From Marsupella aquatica (taxonomy: Eukaryota; Plantae; Marchantiophyta), in contig OZ316896.1 in NCBI GenBank assembly GCA_973895155.1, forward strand, positions 5,942,166-6,006,165: a DNA stretch of 64,000 nt. Direction: 5' to 3'. Positions within the stretch are counted from its first letter, which is position 1, and every line of letters begins with the position of its first letter. The position numbers and the translations under genes were made by a program. Positions 50,170-63,410 of this stretch are shown piece by piece. The notes under the pieces are model-generated. The model was not told where the DNA came from and did not search any database. It saw only the letters and a program-made list of their open reading frames with translations.

Positions 50170-52873
50170 TCAAGTTAAACCGAGTTTCTTCTTAGACTCT
50201 TTTGCGTTTGGCCTTCCTTTCCCTTTTGCACTACATATAGGTGGTGATACCACATCAGACAAATTCATCACTACTAGCCTATCGTTCATACTAGCAGGGC
50301 TATCGTCCACAGTTGCTCTCTTTGCTAATGAAAGGGAGTCATGACGAGTGACAACTTTCCTTTGGGCAAAGTCCCTAGTAATAAGATCTTGACTCTTCCT
50401 CTTTCTGCCTGAGGCTTTCTTCTCGGGAGTTCCCTCCTTTGATTGGCTATCCACCGATGCCACCACACTCCCGGGCTCCACCTTCACTACGGGATTTGAC
50501 TGCCCTAAACTTCCAATGGACTTCCCTCTCCACATGGTAGATCCAGAGAATCTAGATCTATTACATATTTAGCTGTGGAAGACAATTGAATCAACTGTGC
50601 CTTTTGCTTGATGTCTTCAAATGCAACTTGACTATCCCCCTCCTCCTACAAACACCACATAGAAAACCACTTGGTCACAACAATACATACCTTGATGCTA
50701 TACATGTGGCACACTAGCAAGCCAAGACATACAAAGTAAAACCATACCACACTAGCTAAAGTACCTTGGAATATTTTACAGTCAGTCTTCTCCCGGTCTC
50801 TCTCCTTATCTTGCCTGGCCTTCAGCTTTTCACCCCCCTCTCTGTACAAGTCCCGCAATTGTTTCTCAAAAGACTTTGTCTAACCTCCCAACCCCAACGT
50901 TACCTCCAATGCAATCAATTCTGGAGATGAATGCGCCAAGCCCCAACTTTGCAACCAATGAGGGTGAAAAATTTCATCACAAGCTACACATCGTGGAGTT
51001 TCACAGTCAGATTTTGATACTACAGGCACAAAGACACGCTGGATGGTAACAATGCCCACATGAGGTGGGAATAAAATTTTGGCAGTGAAATCCTAGGAAA
51101 CACACGGCACATGGAGACATCTTGAACAAATGTTGTCGTAATTGCAGAGCCATTGGAATGAATTGATGTTTCAAGGAATGAAACTCCCCCTGAAAATGGT
51201 CTATAAGTGATTTCTTCTCAGCCTCGCAACATTCCAAACTCTGATCATAGCCCTATTGCCTAGTTGTCAGATCCTTGAGTCTTTGCACTCCTTTCTCCTT
51301 CTCTGTACTTGCCCAACTTGCCGAAACTCCCAAGGCCTTTTATGAGTTAGCATCAGCGACGCCCTTTTGCAACATTTGAACCTGTGCCAAAATTAATCGT
51401 CATAGTTTAGAACAAATCATGGTAATATTCACAACTAACCTTGATGGCAATGTGGGAGTAAAGACTCCTAAATACGATATCATTCCGGCAAAAATCAAGA
51501 TATCTCCTCAACTATGATTTACATCCACAAAAATACCTACTACCAAAATGTAAGGAATGGTACCTCAGACTCAAGTTTGACCAGTTCTTCTGTGAGATCA
51601 TTGTCCTGTTGCTCTAATTCCTGCACCTGCTCCTGAGCATCATGGTCCTACACATTCCCAAAATCAAGTTGTTAGTATCTACTATAATTACAACAAAAAC
51701 AAATTGTAACAATTGTGAAAGAAATTCACAATGCAACACTATTATCTACCTGTTCATCCATGTCTGCTTTGCAGTTGTCAAGCTCCATTGCGACGGCCTC
51801 CTTCTTGTCCAAAACAATTTGCAGCTCTCTTTCCCTCGCATCTCATTTGGCCTGCTGAGTAGAATATGAGCTTCAACCTGCTCGATATTCTTCTGATTTT
51901 CTTCCACCAACTGTGCATGCTTCTCAACCACCCGGGTGACCTCTTTGATACTTTCCAAAACTTTCAGAGGATGAACTTTCAGGGATTCGATTTCACTATC
52001 CAAGCAATCCAACATGACACAAACAAAAGTTCCTTGCTGAAGTTCATACTTCTCAGTAGTTTCTGGAGGGACCTTGGCGGTACATACATATGAGAAAATA
52101 GTACTTCTCAGGGATGCGATAGATGTGGTTGCTGGAGCAGATGGGGGCTCCTCTGTTGTCATTGCAGGAGAAATCTTCTCGTCATCCTGCCCAGCTGTAG
52201 CTTCAACGCGTTCCAAAATACATTGACTCGGCTGCTTGTAAATAATATCTGGCCTTACAATCGGTGGACCAAATGGTTTTGGTTTCTTGTCCGTGAAGGC
52301 TTTGTGAATCTGATTCTTATGCTTGATATCAGCAAAAGAAGCCCAATTCACAGGTTTCCGGAGAACAAAATGAGCATATAGACCCTTTATTAAAGTCTTG
52401 CCCAACATCCCATTCAAAGGGCTGCTTTCGTGCCCATCCAAAACCTGCATCAAATGCACTATTTCCTCCTGCGGAATGCCTGTGCAAGTACTCAGGTGAG
52501 CGCCGTTATGGAATAACGCTCCAAAACACTTTTGTAGCATAGCCTTGGAGACAAGAGAATCTGGGATTGCACCAGGTTTCAGCCCGTGGTCAGGAAGACA
52601 ACATACTTTGGTCCAGTAATCTTTAGGTTTCCTGAAGTCTTCCTCCCGCCAAGGAATCCACTCGTCATTGGAAGGATCAGCAACGGCCTTTCCTTTTTGG
52701 AGTGGTACAAGCTTTGCAGATTTCTCGCTCTCTGTCTTCACAAAACTACTACTGCTCATAGAGCACTTCCGTGACCGGTCTGCCTTACCGCTATTGCTGC
52801 TCACCTTAACTTGAGCCTCCCTTGCCTCTTCTGCCACTACTACCTCTATCAGTTCCTGCCCTTTGGATGCCAT
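50170..52873 (-). pseudogene. Multi-exon coiled-coil + RING-finger gene of unknown family, disrupted
   Basis: CAVC...SCGHCYHPAC followed, after a frameshift, by PRCVAC (about 50980-51115). Long ORF 51746-52882 and E/K-rich coiled-coil-like exons at about 51200-51650. Confidence 0.6.
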
Positions 52874-54924
52874 CGCTCCCACCTTCCCACCTCCAATGCC
52901 CCCGACCTCAACGAGCGACCTCTTCTACCAATGTTGAAGCAAAACATTCAGCCTCAAACTTTTGAGAACATTTGAGCAAGCAATGAAAGAATGAGCCGAA
53001 AGCAAGCCTCAAGCTTCCGCAGCCTCAAACGTCCAAAGCCTTGAATGTCCGCAACCCCACAGCCTCAAACTTTCGCAGCCTCACAGCCTTGAACTTCCAC
53101 ATCCCTGCAGCTTGGAGCCTCAAAGGCCTCAAACAAATGGCTTCGACAAAATCTTCTCGTCGTCTTATTTCCTTCACACATTCAGGCCTCGGGGCATTCC
53201 CTTCACATTGCGCCTTGAGCATTTCCTTTCACATCGCCGCATCACACTATGTTCAAAGTTGGGCATTCGATTCTCCCGCACTTTTGCAATGGCGTACCTC
53301 ATACATGATCACCGTTAGATCTCATCTAACGTTGCAATGTATTTTCTAACTCAAGGTACAAGTTTGGAAACGCTGCTCACACCTCAACCGATGGATGAGT
53401 AAACATCAATGGTGCTTGCATTATTTTGATTATCCTTTAACCTTAGTTATGAGGGTTGGTAACCAGAGTTTATTACTTGGAGACCCATAAACACTTACTT
53501 ATTGATACTTAGTCCACTACTAAAAGGTGCCAAAACTTGCACCCTTTGGACCCCCTCTAACTTGCAAAAGGCCATATCTTAGTTTGATTATCTGGTTTGT
53601 AATCCCGTTTGTAATAGTCTCTCCAATGTAGAGTGCACGTTTGGTACAGGCAGTGCCCATGCTTGTGGGGATGTTGCCACTGCCCACCTATTGCCTACCA
53701 ATCCATGTCTTGTCCATAGTCTTGCCTATATTAGTTTATCCAAACTGGTAAAACATATCTAAACTGTGTGAGTGATTGTATGCCCCACTAGGGCGCTGTA
53801 TGCATCATTTTTTTCCAGAAAATTTGTGTATCTCAAATTGGATCTTTATGTTAGCCCTATCTTGGGTTTTCCTTATTATAATTCCACAATGGGTTTTCAA
53901 ATATAGATTTTATCAGTTTTATAAGGCACCTAAGGGTATAAAAAATTATCAAAAACTAATTTTTTACATGGAACAAGGGTAATGTATATGAAAGAAAAAT
54001 ACTAAGAAGGGGTAGGTAAGGAGGGTTCGAGCGCAGGGGGTACACTTAGTATACATAGAGTGAGGGTCCATGGTGATTGGGCTGACGCGGTACTCATGCT
54101 TGGACCCTCATAATTCACTGTCAATCAAGGGTCTTGGATGACTACACACCTGAGTCGCATCATATCTGATGCGCCAAGCATTCGTTGCAAATGAAGTAAA
54201 TTTCTTTGGCCTTGGGCCCAATAAGAGGTCTCATTCAAGCTCTCAGAACTCAAAGTCCGTCTAGGGGTGCAAACGGTCCCCTTGAGCTTGGCCCTCCGCA
54301 TGATCTGACCAACTCCCAATGCCAATCTAAGTTTGTTGTGCGCGCCACTAGCTCAACGCATTACCTTTGCTAGACAGTGCAATTTCTCCCCATACTTAGG
54401 CCCCATTGGATGGCCGTCCGTAGGCCTAGACCATAAAGGAGCTTGGGGTCAAAATCGCAATGCCGAAGCTAAGTGGTAGAGCAGTCAAGTTTCACGACTT
54501 ATTTCAACACAATTTAGAAAAATCAATGAACAAAATCATGATTTGATGTTACAAATGGTGCACAATATAACTTGGGCACAACTTAATCATGATTAAGGGT
54601 TGTTAAGGTTAGATTGGTGGAGAGGGGCTATATACTTGGAGGAGCGCTTCATTGTCCTCATACTTACTTGAGATCAATTTTAGGAGTTGGAGACTTGTAA
54701 GGGATAGAAGAGGAACACTCATAGAGTAGCTTGTTAGTTTGTTAGGCTATGACAGATGTACAATGTTAACATATAGTGATTTCTTCTCTTGCAAGACCAT
54801 GATTTTATTAAAGGAAAACATATTGAGCTATGTTGGACAATGTTGATTATTCGGGTTGAATTATGTTGTTCTGGTTCCATCATGTGACATCATGTCACGC
54901 ATGTACATTGTCAAATATACCATA

Positions 54925-55622
54925 CTAGCTCAATACCTGTGCATTGCACAAAAGATGTCGTTGCGCAAAAATTATCAATGTGTAAAACATCTCGTATGCA
55001 AAAAAGATGTCGTTGCGGAAAGATGTTGTACGCTAAAAAGATGCCATTGCACAAAAGGTGTCATTTGCCAAAAAAATAATGTTGCAAGAAAGCTATTGTT
55101 TACGAAAAAGATGTCGTTTGGCAAAATATGTCATTTGCAAAAAATAACTTGTTCCAAAAATGTTGTTGTGTAAATGATTTCATTGTTGAAAATATGTTGT
55201 TGCAAAAAAGATGTCAATGCAAAAGCAATATTGTTTGCCAAAAAGTTGAAATTGAGCAAAGTACATCCTTGTGTAAAAAATGTCATTGCGGAAAAGATGT
55301 TTTGTGAAAGATTTTTGTTGTAGAGAAGATGTCATTGTGCAAAGACTATATTGTGTAAAAGATGATGTTTGTGGAAAAGGTACCATCTACAATAAAGAAA
55401 CTCCTTGTACTCCTTCATCCTTTGTCAAGGCATCTTATTATCATCATTTGTATTCGTATGCCTATGTTCTTTGATATCTAATGCTAATGGTCTCTTTTCC
55501 ATGATCGAACGGTATTAAAAAACTTGCAAAAGATCTAATGGTTCTGGATGATTCCCGCCCAAACACATTTTGTAATGGGACAAAGGACAAAAAATGGTGG
55601 TATTAGATATTATAGTTGTAGA
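54925..55622 (-). mobile_element. Non-autonomous Helitron-like element with AAAAGATGTC repeats
   Basis: The minus strand ends in the TGTGCAATGCACA hairpin (54938-54950), then 9 nt, then CTAG|T (54925-54928). Tandem AAAAGATGTCG/TTG units at 54950-55380. The 5' end at 55622 is tentative. Confidence 0.55.
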
Positions 55623-56235
55623 TAGTGTATTCAAAGCTTAGAAAAAATAATTACTCCTTGTCACCTATTTATCAAAACATTTTAACCAAAGATCTCATAT
55701 TTTCTCTACAAAGATTGTTCATGGCATATCACGTAGGAATGAGAATATTTGTTTTCGCTCCCTAGAATATAAATGTTGATCAAGTCTACCGACTACTCCA
55801 CTCCACAGGATTTTATTGAGTCTTGCAATCTATCGCACACATTCTCTTGGTCCCTGGTCTATGGGTGAACGCTATCACCAATGTTCTCCCTCAGGCCTTT
55901 GTCTACACAATCAACCCACCATACATAAATTATCAAATTGGAGTAATAGTGAGATTTAGTAGCCACAAAAATACACTAGGGAAGGAAATATCAAACTATC
56001 ACCAAAAAATAAACCACACAAAGTTTTAACCCATAATAATTGGTTATATATAGTAATTATTCTTTAATTTTGATTCTTAATTCTTAATATAATCAAAAGA
56101 TAGATAGAGTCAGTAGAGATTTTACAAAATTGAACGTTGAAACTGTAAATATTTCTTTGATTATTGATAATATTATTCTAGAAGTTTTGTTAGATCTTAA
56201 ATATATATTTAAAAAAATTGTGGATCTATCAAGTA

Positions 56236-56380
56236 CTAGCCCAGTGTACGACGTGTGTTGCACAAAAGATGTCGAGTCAACAAAAGATGTCACTTAGGTG
56301 ATACATAAATGTCAAATGAGAAAAAGATGTTGTGATAAACATATATCGAGGTGATAAAAAGATGTCGAGTGATAAAACAC
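56236..56380 (-). mobile_element. Short Helitron-like 3' end fragment of the same family
   Basis: A|CTAG at 56236, degenerate GTGTGTTGCAC hairpin, AAAAGATGTC units. Confidence 0.45.
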
Positions 56381-58003
56381 CACACCATTGCAAGAGACTA
56401 TTAAACTATGACGTTCTTCTCAATGATAAGACCATGACTCATCCCATGCACATGTAGTTGACACAATCAAAATACATGGTTCACCTCTTTGCCACTTGAT
56501 GCTACATTCACACAAACACAAAAGCTTTACTATGGAGTCTCAACAACACAAGAGTTATCTCTCTCTCCCAAGTAGCTTTGTTACAATGAGCAAGCACATA
56601 TCACCCAGTGGCATACACTAGCCCTGATATATTTAAGGTCACACACAACTAACCTAACCTTAAGTAGCTAAGTCCCTAATTGTGGTTAGCCTAGTTACCA
56701 TAACCTATGAGCACAAGACTACTCTAAGCAATACCTAACAAAGTCCCCTTTGACTCTAGTCTTGGGGACTACAATTTCTGTTATCCATATGAGATATTCA
56801 GAATTCTTGACAATCACCTAAAACCATAGATGTCCCCCTAAACACCATTTAAGGTTAACTAAGGGTTAACTAGAATTAAGTCAACAGCAAGAGGGTTGCG
56901 AGGGATACGTGTTTGCATCGAGTATCGACCATCAAGGTCAGGAGCCGCATGTGGACCAAGTGAGGGCAAAATTGTGTTGTGAAACAATATTTCATGAGGG
57001 TCTCAAAGTTCCATTGAATGGCCCTGAAGAACCTTCTTTCTGTTGAATACTGGTCTTCTTCTCATTCATGTGGGTAATACATACATGGAGGTAGTTAGAT
57101 AAGTGGTGGTTGTAGTAACTACCTATGGTTACTATGGTCTAAGGTACGTAGACTTATCCTTGGGTTATAACACTCCCCCTTGGATGTAGCATTTAAAGTT
57201 AAATGTTGCAGCCAGTTAAGTCTACTATAAGGGAAAGTTTAATTGTCTTCTAGTGGGGTAATTGTAATGTGCGAGCAAACAGTAGAATTTTTGCTCGCAC
57301 GGGCAAGATGTCACCTTGTATTGGGGCCCAAAAAAGGTCTGGAATATTCCTCGCTAGCATGGAGACCCTGTTCGATCAATAAATATAGACGGCTACCCAT
57401 GGACGATTCTAGTCCCGTGAACGCAATAGATCAAAATGACATATCTTCAGGCCAGAAAAATCGCTAGTCTAATGATGCCAACACATTGAGCCACTCAAAC
57501 GAGGTACGGTCTCCACGTAAAGGCTTCCACATGTCAAAATTCCCACCCAAGGAAGAGTAATAACGAAAAAGTATTGCGCTATTCCCGCGTGAAAAGAATC
57601 AACGTGTCATTACTGCCGAGGAAAGGAGGATTAAGGCCGTTTGGACACTAATTAAGTCACTTGCAAGTGAACGGGACACTTACCGTTCGAACCAGAGGCA
57701 AATCCAAGGTGGCGAACCGTCCACTTAAACAAATCCGCTATCCCAAAAACCACCAGTCTTCCGAATCATTCTTCCGATCACTTCCACCGCGTCCAACTTG
57801 AGATCTTTCATTCGGAATTGCTATCAGTGTTCCAAGTACTCCAGATCCAGATCAGGTTAGCGCGGGTCTATGGTTCTGAGCTATTTTAAGAGAATCACTC
57901 TTTGACAAGGCATGACATTCATCGTATTTCATCGTGAATAGTGTTTCCATTTGTTGAATGTCGTTCTCCTTAATCACTGTTTGGGTTTTGTAAGTGCAGA
58001 GAA

Positions 58004-58432
58004 ATGTCTGGTGTTCCAAGCAATCCTCCTTAGGGGAAATGGCGACTTGAGATCCGTCGTTACAACCCGGCGACAGATGGCCCGCTTGAAGATGACTCTC
58101 CTCCGAAGCAGAAACCCGATGCAGCGACTATGAAGGTCTCCGCAAGCAGTAGTGTCCCAACTGAACTTGGTCAATCTGTTGGATCGTCATCATCATTGAG
58201 GAGAACACCTACTCCTCCAAAGTTAATTCCAGCAGCGAAGTCTCCACCGAAGCCAAAGGTGGATACCACACAGCACGAGGTTGTATCGAAGAGGAAGAGG
58301 CTCACAGAAGAGGAGCAGTATTGGATTGAGAGGGAGATCTATGACTACTGGACCGAGGAACGCCTCGCCTCTTCGGATTACGATTCTGAGTCAGACACTG
58401 ACTCCGATGCATGGAAGGCGTCCAGCCCCTGA
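58004..58432 (+). pseudogene. Small Pro/Ser-rich, acidic-tailed ORF (one TAG at 58031)
   Basis: ATG 58004 is in frame with ORF 58130-58432. Putative 5' UTR intron at about 57857-57999. SKRKR is NLS-like; EIYDYWTEERL motif; acidic tail. Confidence 0.45.
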
Positions 58433-58681
58433 GGGGAGAGTCAGGTTGTGGATTTTCGTAGTTACAAGCGAACCACATGTCCTCATGTACTTTCAATATG
58501 TATGAGAAGTAAAGTTTGGGTGGTCCTTTCCATTCTATGTGTTGCTCTGGAATGTCATTTTGTACATTGTACGTTTATTTGGAAGTCACAGTTGGACCCT
58601 TCCCAGACTAGCGATATCGCTAGTATCGAACTGTGTTCATCTTCGATAATCAACTCAATAGAGTATTACCACAACAACTTC

Positions 58682-58706
58682 AGGGTTTAGGGTTTAGGGT
58701 TTAGGG
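58682..58706 (+). repeat. Interstitial plant telomeric repeat (TTTAGGG) x ~3.5
   Basis: AGGGTTTAGGGTTTAGGGTTTAGGG read directly. Confidence 0.9.
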
Positions 58707-59024
58707 TCCTAAATTCCGTTGATCAGACTAGCAATCTCGCTAGCCAAAAACTGGAGTCATTTTAATGATCAAACCGTGAACTCTATAGAAACTTGTCGAT
58801 AGGTTAACACGTCTGAAAGTCAAATGTTTATGTCATGATGTAGCAGACTTCCTAAGACTAGAGATATCGCTAACCATAAACAACGAACTCAAACACCATA
58901 AAAGTAACCATTATGGACCTCGCTAACATTATGATTCACTCGGTGAAAACAGATTGATATTTGTGAAATCACAAACTCGAGTAATCCATCCCACCACCCT
59001 ATAATTAGCATCTCCAATAAACGA

Positions 59025-62000
59025 CTAGTCCCCTATCTGTAACGGAATTAAACTCCTCACTTCCCCAACAGTCAGAATTGGCTGTTTGACAAGGTCGTCC
59101 TTCTCCAGGTTGAGTGAAAACTTGTTTAAATACACCCACAACAGATGTTTACAAGACATGAATGGTTTCCCTCGTGTATGCCTCTTATAAAAGTTTTCAC
59201 AAGAACACGAAGGGAAACAACAGATTTGCACCCAATATGTGTGCGGAACTTGTGAATCAGTCTCGTGAGTGGCGATCAAGTATCTCCAACCCCATCCATT
59301 TCCGGTAGTTACCTTCTCATTTCCGACAACTCTCATGTATTCTTGTGTAGTGGAAACGATGCGCTTGAGCAACTCTGGAGTATTGCTGAAACGCTATCGT
59401 GCACCCTTACCATTTCGGGTTTTCAACCGACGGTCCACATTAGTTAGATCAATTCGTTCAGGGAATGAGTTAACATCAATTCGTAGGTTGACCCGATTGG
59501 GGGACGGGAACTCTCCAACTTGATTTCATCCACATAGGAGAGTCCACTGATCTGGAATCCTAATCCCAGCAGAAACTCTATCTCGGGATGGGAGAGGCAA
59601 GTCCCACGCTGAACCTTGAGCGACTCGGGTGGGGGGGGTAGTTGAGCTAGAGTTCTGCGTCCTCGGCTCTTGTGACACTTATTGTTAGGACAGAAGTACA
59701 ACAACTGGCGATGTGGAGACGATAATCGCAACCCGTGAATGGCGACTCCAACAATTCCCCCTTGCGCGGACTTACATCCAATCTCCTTGATGAGATTTCT
59801 ACATTCATCTCTTCCAAAAACGCTTCGGTCAATCAACCCGTTGCAAACAGGTCCAGCACCTCTACCGCTCCGCCTGAGATGCCAGGTCCCATAAGGAACA
59901 TCAACCTCTTGGATGGAAGGGATCCTTTGGGGGGCATCCGAATGGTCATCCCCGACATCACACGAAGGTTGAGTCCCCATCTTCACGGTATCATTGACAT
60001 TACGACTTGCATCATCACCATCGTCATCTGAAATATGGATAACTCCAGAAGAACAACCTCGGACAGGTGTTGCCGAAGTTGTATTATTTACTATTTCTGG
60101 GTCCGCAGAAGTCTCCGAAACATTGATGAAGCAAAATTCAGGATAGAGATTACGCCTTTTTAGTCCTGAAGGAGAAGCAGTTGTGCACACCTTATCATGT
60201 CTGTGGGAGTCATTCTCGTGGATTACAGCTGAAGCTTCCCCTTTCCTCTTTGTGGATGTTGTTCGGAGATCGCCATGTAATGGAACTGTTCTATAGAATT
60301 CATACTTAGCTGAAGACTCGAGCAAAAGATTTGCTGCCTTTTCGTAAGCATCCATGGATCCCATAGCATCGGCGTTCCTATATGCTAATTCAAAAATGGT
60401 CGGCCCCTGGCCTCTGTGAACACCTTCACTGTAGGCAGTAAAAACAGCAATTTGCCCCGCAGCACAATTCTGGTCCACCTCACATGCTTCAATCAATCCC
60501 ACTAGTTTCTTCATTTGGCAGGATCTCATGGATGCATGGACTGATTCTGCTCCAGTACAATTTGGCATCAAGGCTGACTCCATTGCGGTTTGCGTCTGCA
60601 AAAAAGTAGTCCCCAGTCAGACCTGATATGCTAGCGAGGTCGCTAGCAAAAACAATGACGTCAAATAGAAATGAAATTGGACACTTACAACGCGGATGAA
60701 GTTCCCCCACTGCCTCCACCTCACGACCCACCAAGATAACCATCCTTGGAGAGACTTCAATTTCCCAGCATAGCAGTTTCCTTCCTTCCACCAACGATGG
60801 ATTTCGTCAGAAACACGGTAGGCCTGAACATATGTTGGTGTTGTTCTCAGCCTTTCCCACAGTTTATAGTGCTCTCGATGGCAATCTTCCCGAATACCCT
60901 CCAATGTGTGACGACAAAGAGATTGAGCAAAGTGAAAGGCGTCACTGTGCTCCTTCTGTGGGTGTCGGACACCTCAAAAAAAAACATTCCGAATGGCGAT
61001 CCATCCAGCCTCGGCATTATCGGCAATAAATCCTCCAATGAGTGGGTCATGCACATCATGATTAGAGGCAACTTCAATCATATATCTCCATGCGGTTTCA
61101 AGAGATAAGGAGTCCTCCGCACGGAGCTCACAAGTGAAGATGGTACAAAGGGACCTATAATTATGGTCGTACACATGGGCGCTGAAAGTCAGCCACCCAG
61201 TGCTTATTCTCCGCATTACATCGGAACTGACCCATGCTCCTTCCAGCTCACCTCCACTCTTCATCTGCCTGAGAATATCGACACCAGAACCGGGGCCATT
61301 TGTACTCATTTTGAAGACATGAGCCCTATCGGTCTTGCTCCCCTGCCCAGGGAAAAGGTACCTTTGAATGTAAGGAAAATTATTCCGTGCTTGCATCTCA
61401 CGAAGAGAATCCAACTCACCTTTTTTTGGGTTATCCATTTTCACGCTCCAAAATATGGCCTGGAATTTCTCAATAGTGGACACAACCTTCATCGATTCCC
61501 AAATCTCTCTCTCTTCTTCTTTTGATAGTTCTGAAGAAGACTCTGGATGCAAAAGAGAAACCAGGTTTCCTATAGACTTGTTAAGAACACGCCCTGGCGT
61601 ACACACGGGATTCGCTTTATGAACACCAGAAACTATCTCCTCCGCCTGCTTTTTTGCCAATCGAGATTTCCCCTTCCAAACAACGTGGTCATGGAAACCC
61701 ATGTGAACAGCCAATCGAGACATATGTTTTGCAACATTTGACTCAAGAGACGGCTTAGGATAGACGTACAAAAGCTTAGCCGGACATTCATGGATGCAGA
61801 GAGGCCTCTCCTCACAGAATCCGCACACCAGCCCTCCTTCCTCCACAAGCTCACCAAGATGAAACGGCTCAGTAAATTGTCCCTTTCCTCGGAAAGAAGA
61901 GTCATTTTTTGAACCGGTGTGCTTCAACTTTCTACAGACCAGATTTTGACATTCAAGTACACCGGCACATCTGACTTTTGACATAGACCAGTGATTGCGA

Positions 62001-62734
62001 GGTTTGAGATTAGCTAAAGTTGTTAGAAGTCTCGTCCATGGATAGCCGTCATTATCCCTATCCATGTCCTGAAGACCATATCCTCGATGAAATTGACCTT
62101 TGACCGGAGGAAGCTCAAAAACGCAGTTTCCGTTGTATGAAGTGGGCAAAGTTTGCACTTGAATCTCCTTCCAATCGTTTCCCCTGCGGAAATTTGCCAA
62201 CTCGCTTGACCCAGTAATATTGAGGAAGGCATCATATGCACTAACACGATAAAGAACTGGCTGAGATTGAAACTCATTTTGACTCACTGCTTCAAAAATG
62301 GATTTCTCAGAAGACTTTGTCGACACAGAAGAGAGATCCCTACCCACACTCTTAGGGGAGATGTCAATAATTTCTGGTACTGCAACTGAGGGGCGAGTCG
62401 GGGATTCTGGATCGGAAACATTGATATGTGCAATGTCATCCTTACATGAGACTAGCTCTACATCTGAACCACACTTCAGGTCCCAAGCTCTTTCTGGCAA
62501 TATTCCTGAACCATTATCCGACACCTCGTGACTTCTGGATCCATCCCGAGAGTAAAGAATGAACAACTTCCAGATGAAATCATCTTTCAAAAGCCCAAAC
62601 CTCGATGAGAGAAAAGACTCCTTGACAGAGATAATAGTATTCTCCGGAACATCCAGAACAACAACATCACCCGTCTTCTTTCTCTCGATCACAACCTTCG
62701 ATCCCAATGACGACATGCTGGAAGTTTTGGACAT
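59025..62734 (-). pseudogene. Mutator-like (MULE) transposase with GCM-like Zn domain and C-terminal SWIM
   Basis: CAGVLECQNLVC...CGFC...CPAK...HMGFHDH (GCM/WRKY-like). DDE candidates SSDVM, IADNA and GAESVH, plus an FHFAQ motif. SWIM CSCENF...CKHLLWV. Intron 60596-60688; frameshifts at the A-run near 60975 and near 59480. Confidence 0.8.
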
Positions 62735-63410
62735 TACAGTCTACAACAATCCTCAAATGTGAGATACTTTTCTCTCTTCTTTCTTCAAATACATATGAGG
62801 AAACGTGCTTGTGTAGGTGTTGGACTCAACGTATTTATTTAATAAATGCCTCTCATTCCCGTTATCTGACCGTTATTTTGTCTTATATGACACTATTTAC
62901 GGAATGATAAAGCTAGCGATCTCGCTAGCTCAATGAACCAAGTAAAATTGTTCAAATCCTTACAAAACACCCTTCACGAGTTCATGTATTTAGTGATCAA
63001 TTTTTGGCTAGCGATGTCGCTAGCAAAAATAGTTTCTCATAAGAGACCATTATGACCGTTTATATCCGTTGGAATTGGTCAACGGGTACCTATATGTCAA
63101 CGGTATGGTACAGTACCGGACACCTGTCTCTTTGTCATTCGATACTTTTCTTTCAGTCATGAGTTCGGTGGTTCGTATTTCCGGAAGTACATGTATACCT
63201 GACGGTGTCTGAAAAATGATTGCGAGGAGAGTCGTACAGAATATCTGTATCTCTTTTCACGACCGGGCGCTGCATTCAGGTGAAAGCAACAGACGAGGGT
63301 ATGATTCTGTCTTTGATTGGAAGATTGATTCTCGGGTTTCTTTATGTTCGCAAAGCGTGTCACCCTCGACCTTGACCTGTTCATACCCTTATCACTTCAC
63401 GGACCCCCTG

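Larger units (their letters stand above)
58607..63024. promoter_or_regulatory. Dispersed 16-bp palindrome CTAGCGAnnTCGCTAG (6 copies)
   Basis: 58607-58624 (perfect 18-bp), 58728-58743, 58858-58873, 60630-60647 (in an intron), 62911-62930 and 63007-63024. All are non-coding. Function is inferred. Confidence 0.8.

Noticed and set aside
54856-55474. Cys/Lys-rich ORFs (also 2609-2857)
   Set aside because: They are translations of AAAAGATGTC repeats with no coding evidence.
54520-56900. LTR-like segments at about 54520-54900 and 56380-56900
   Set aside because: TATA-like cores are present, but I could not establish a TG...CA pair, TSD or PBS.
58682-58706. True chromosome end or fusion site
   Set aside because: Only 25 bp, single orientation, with TE-like sequence continuing on both sides.
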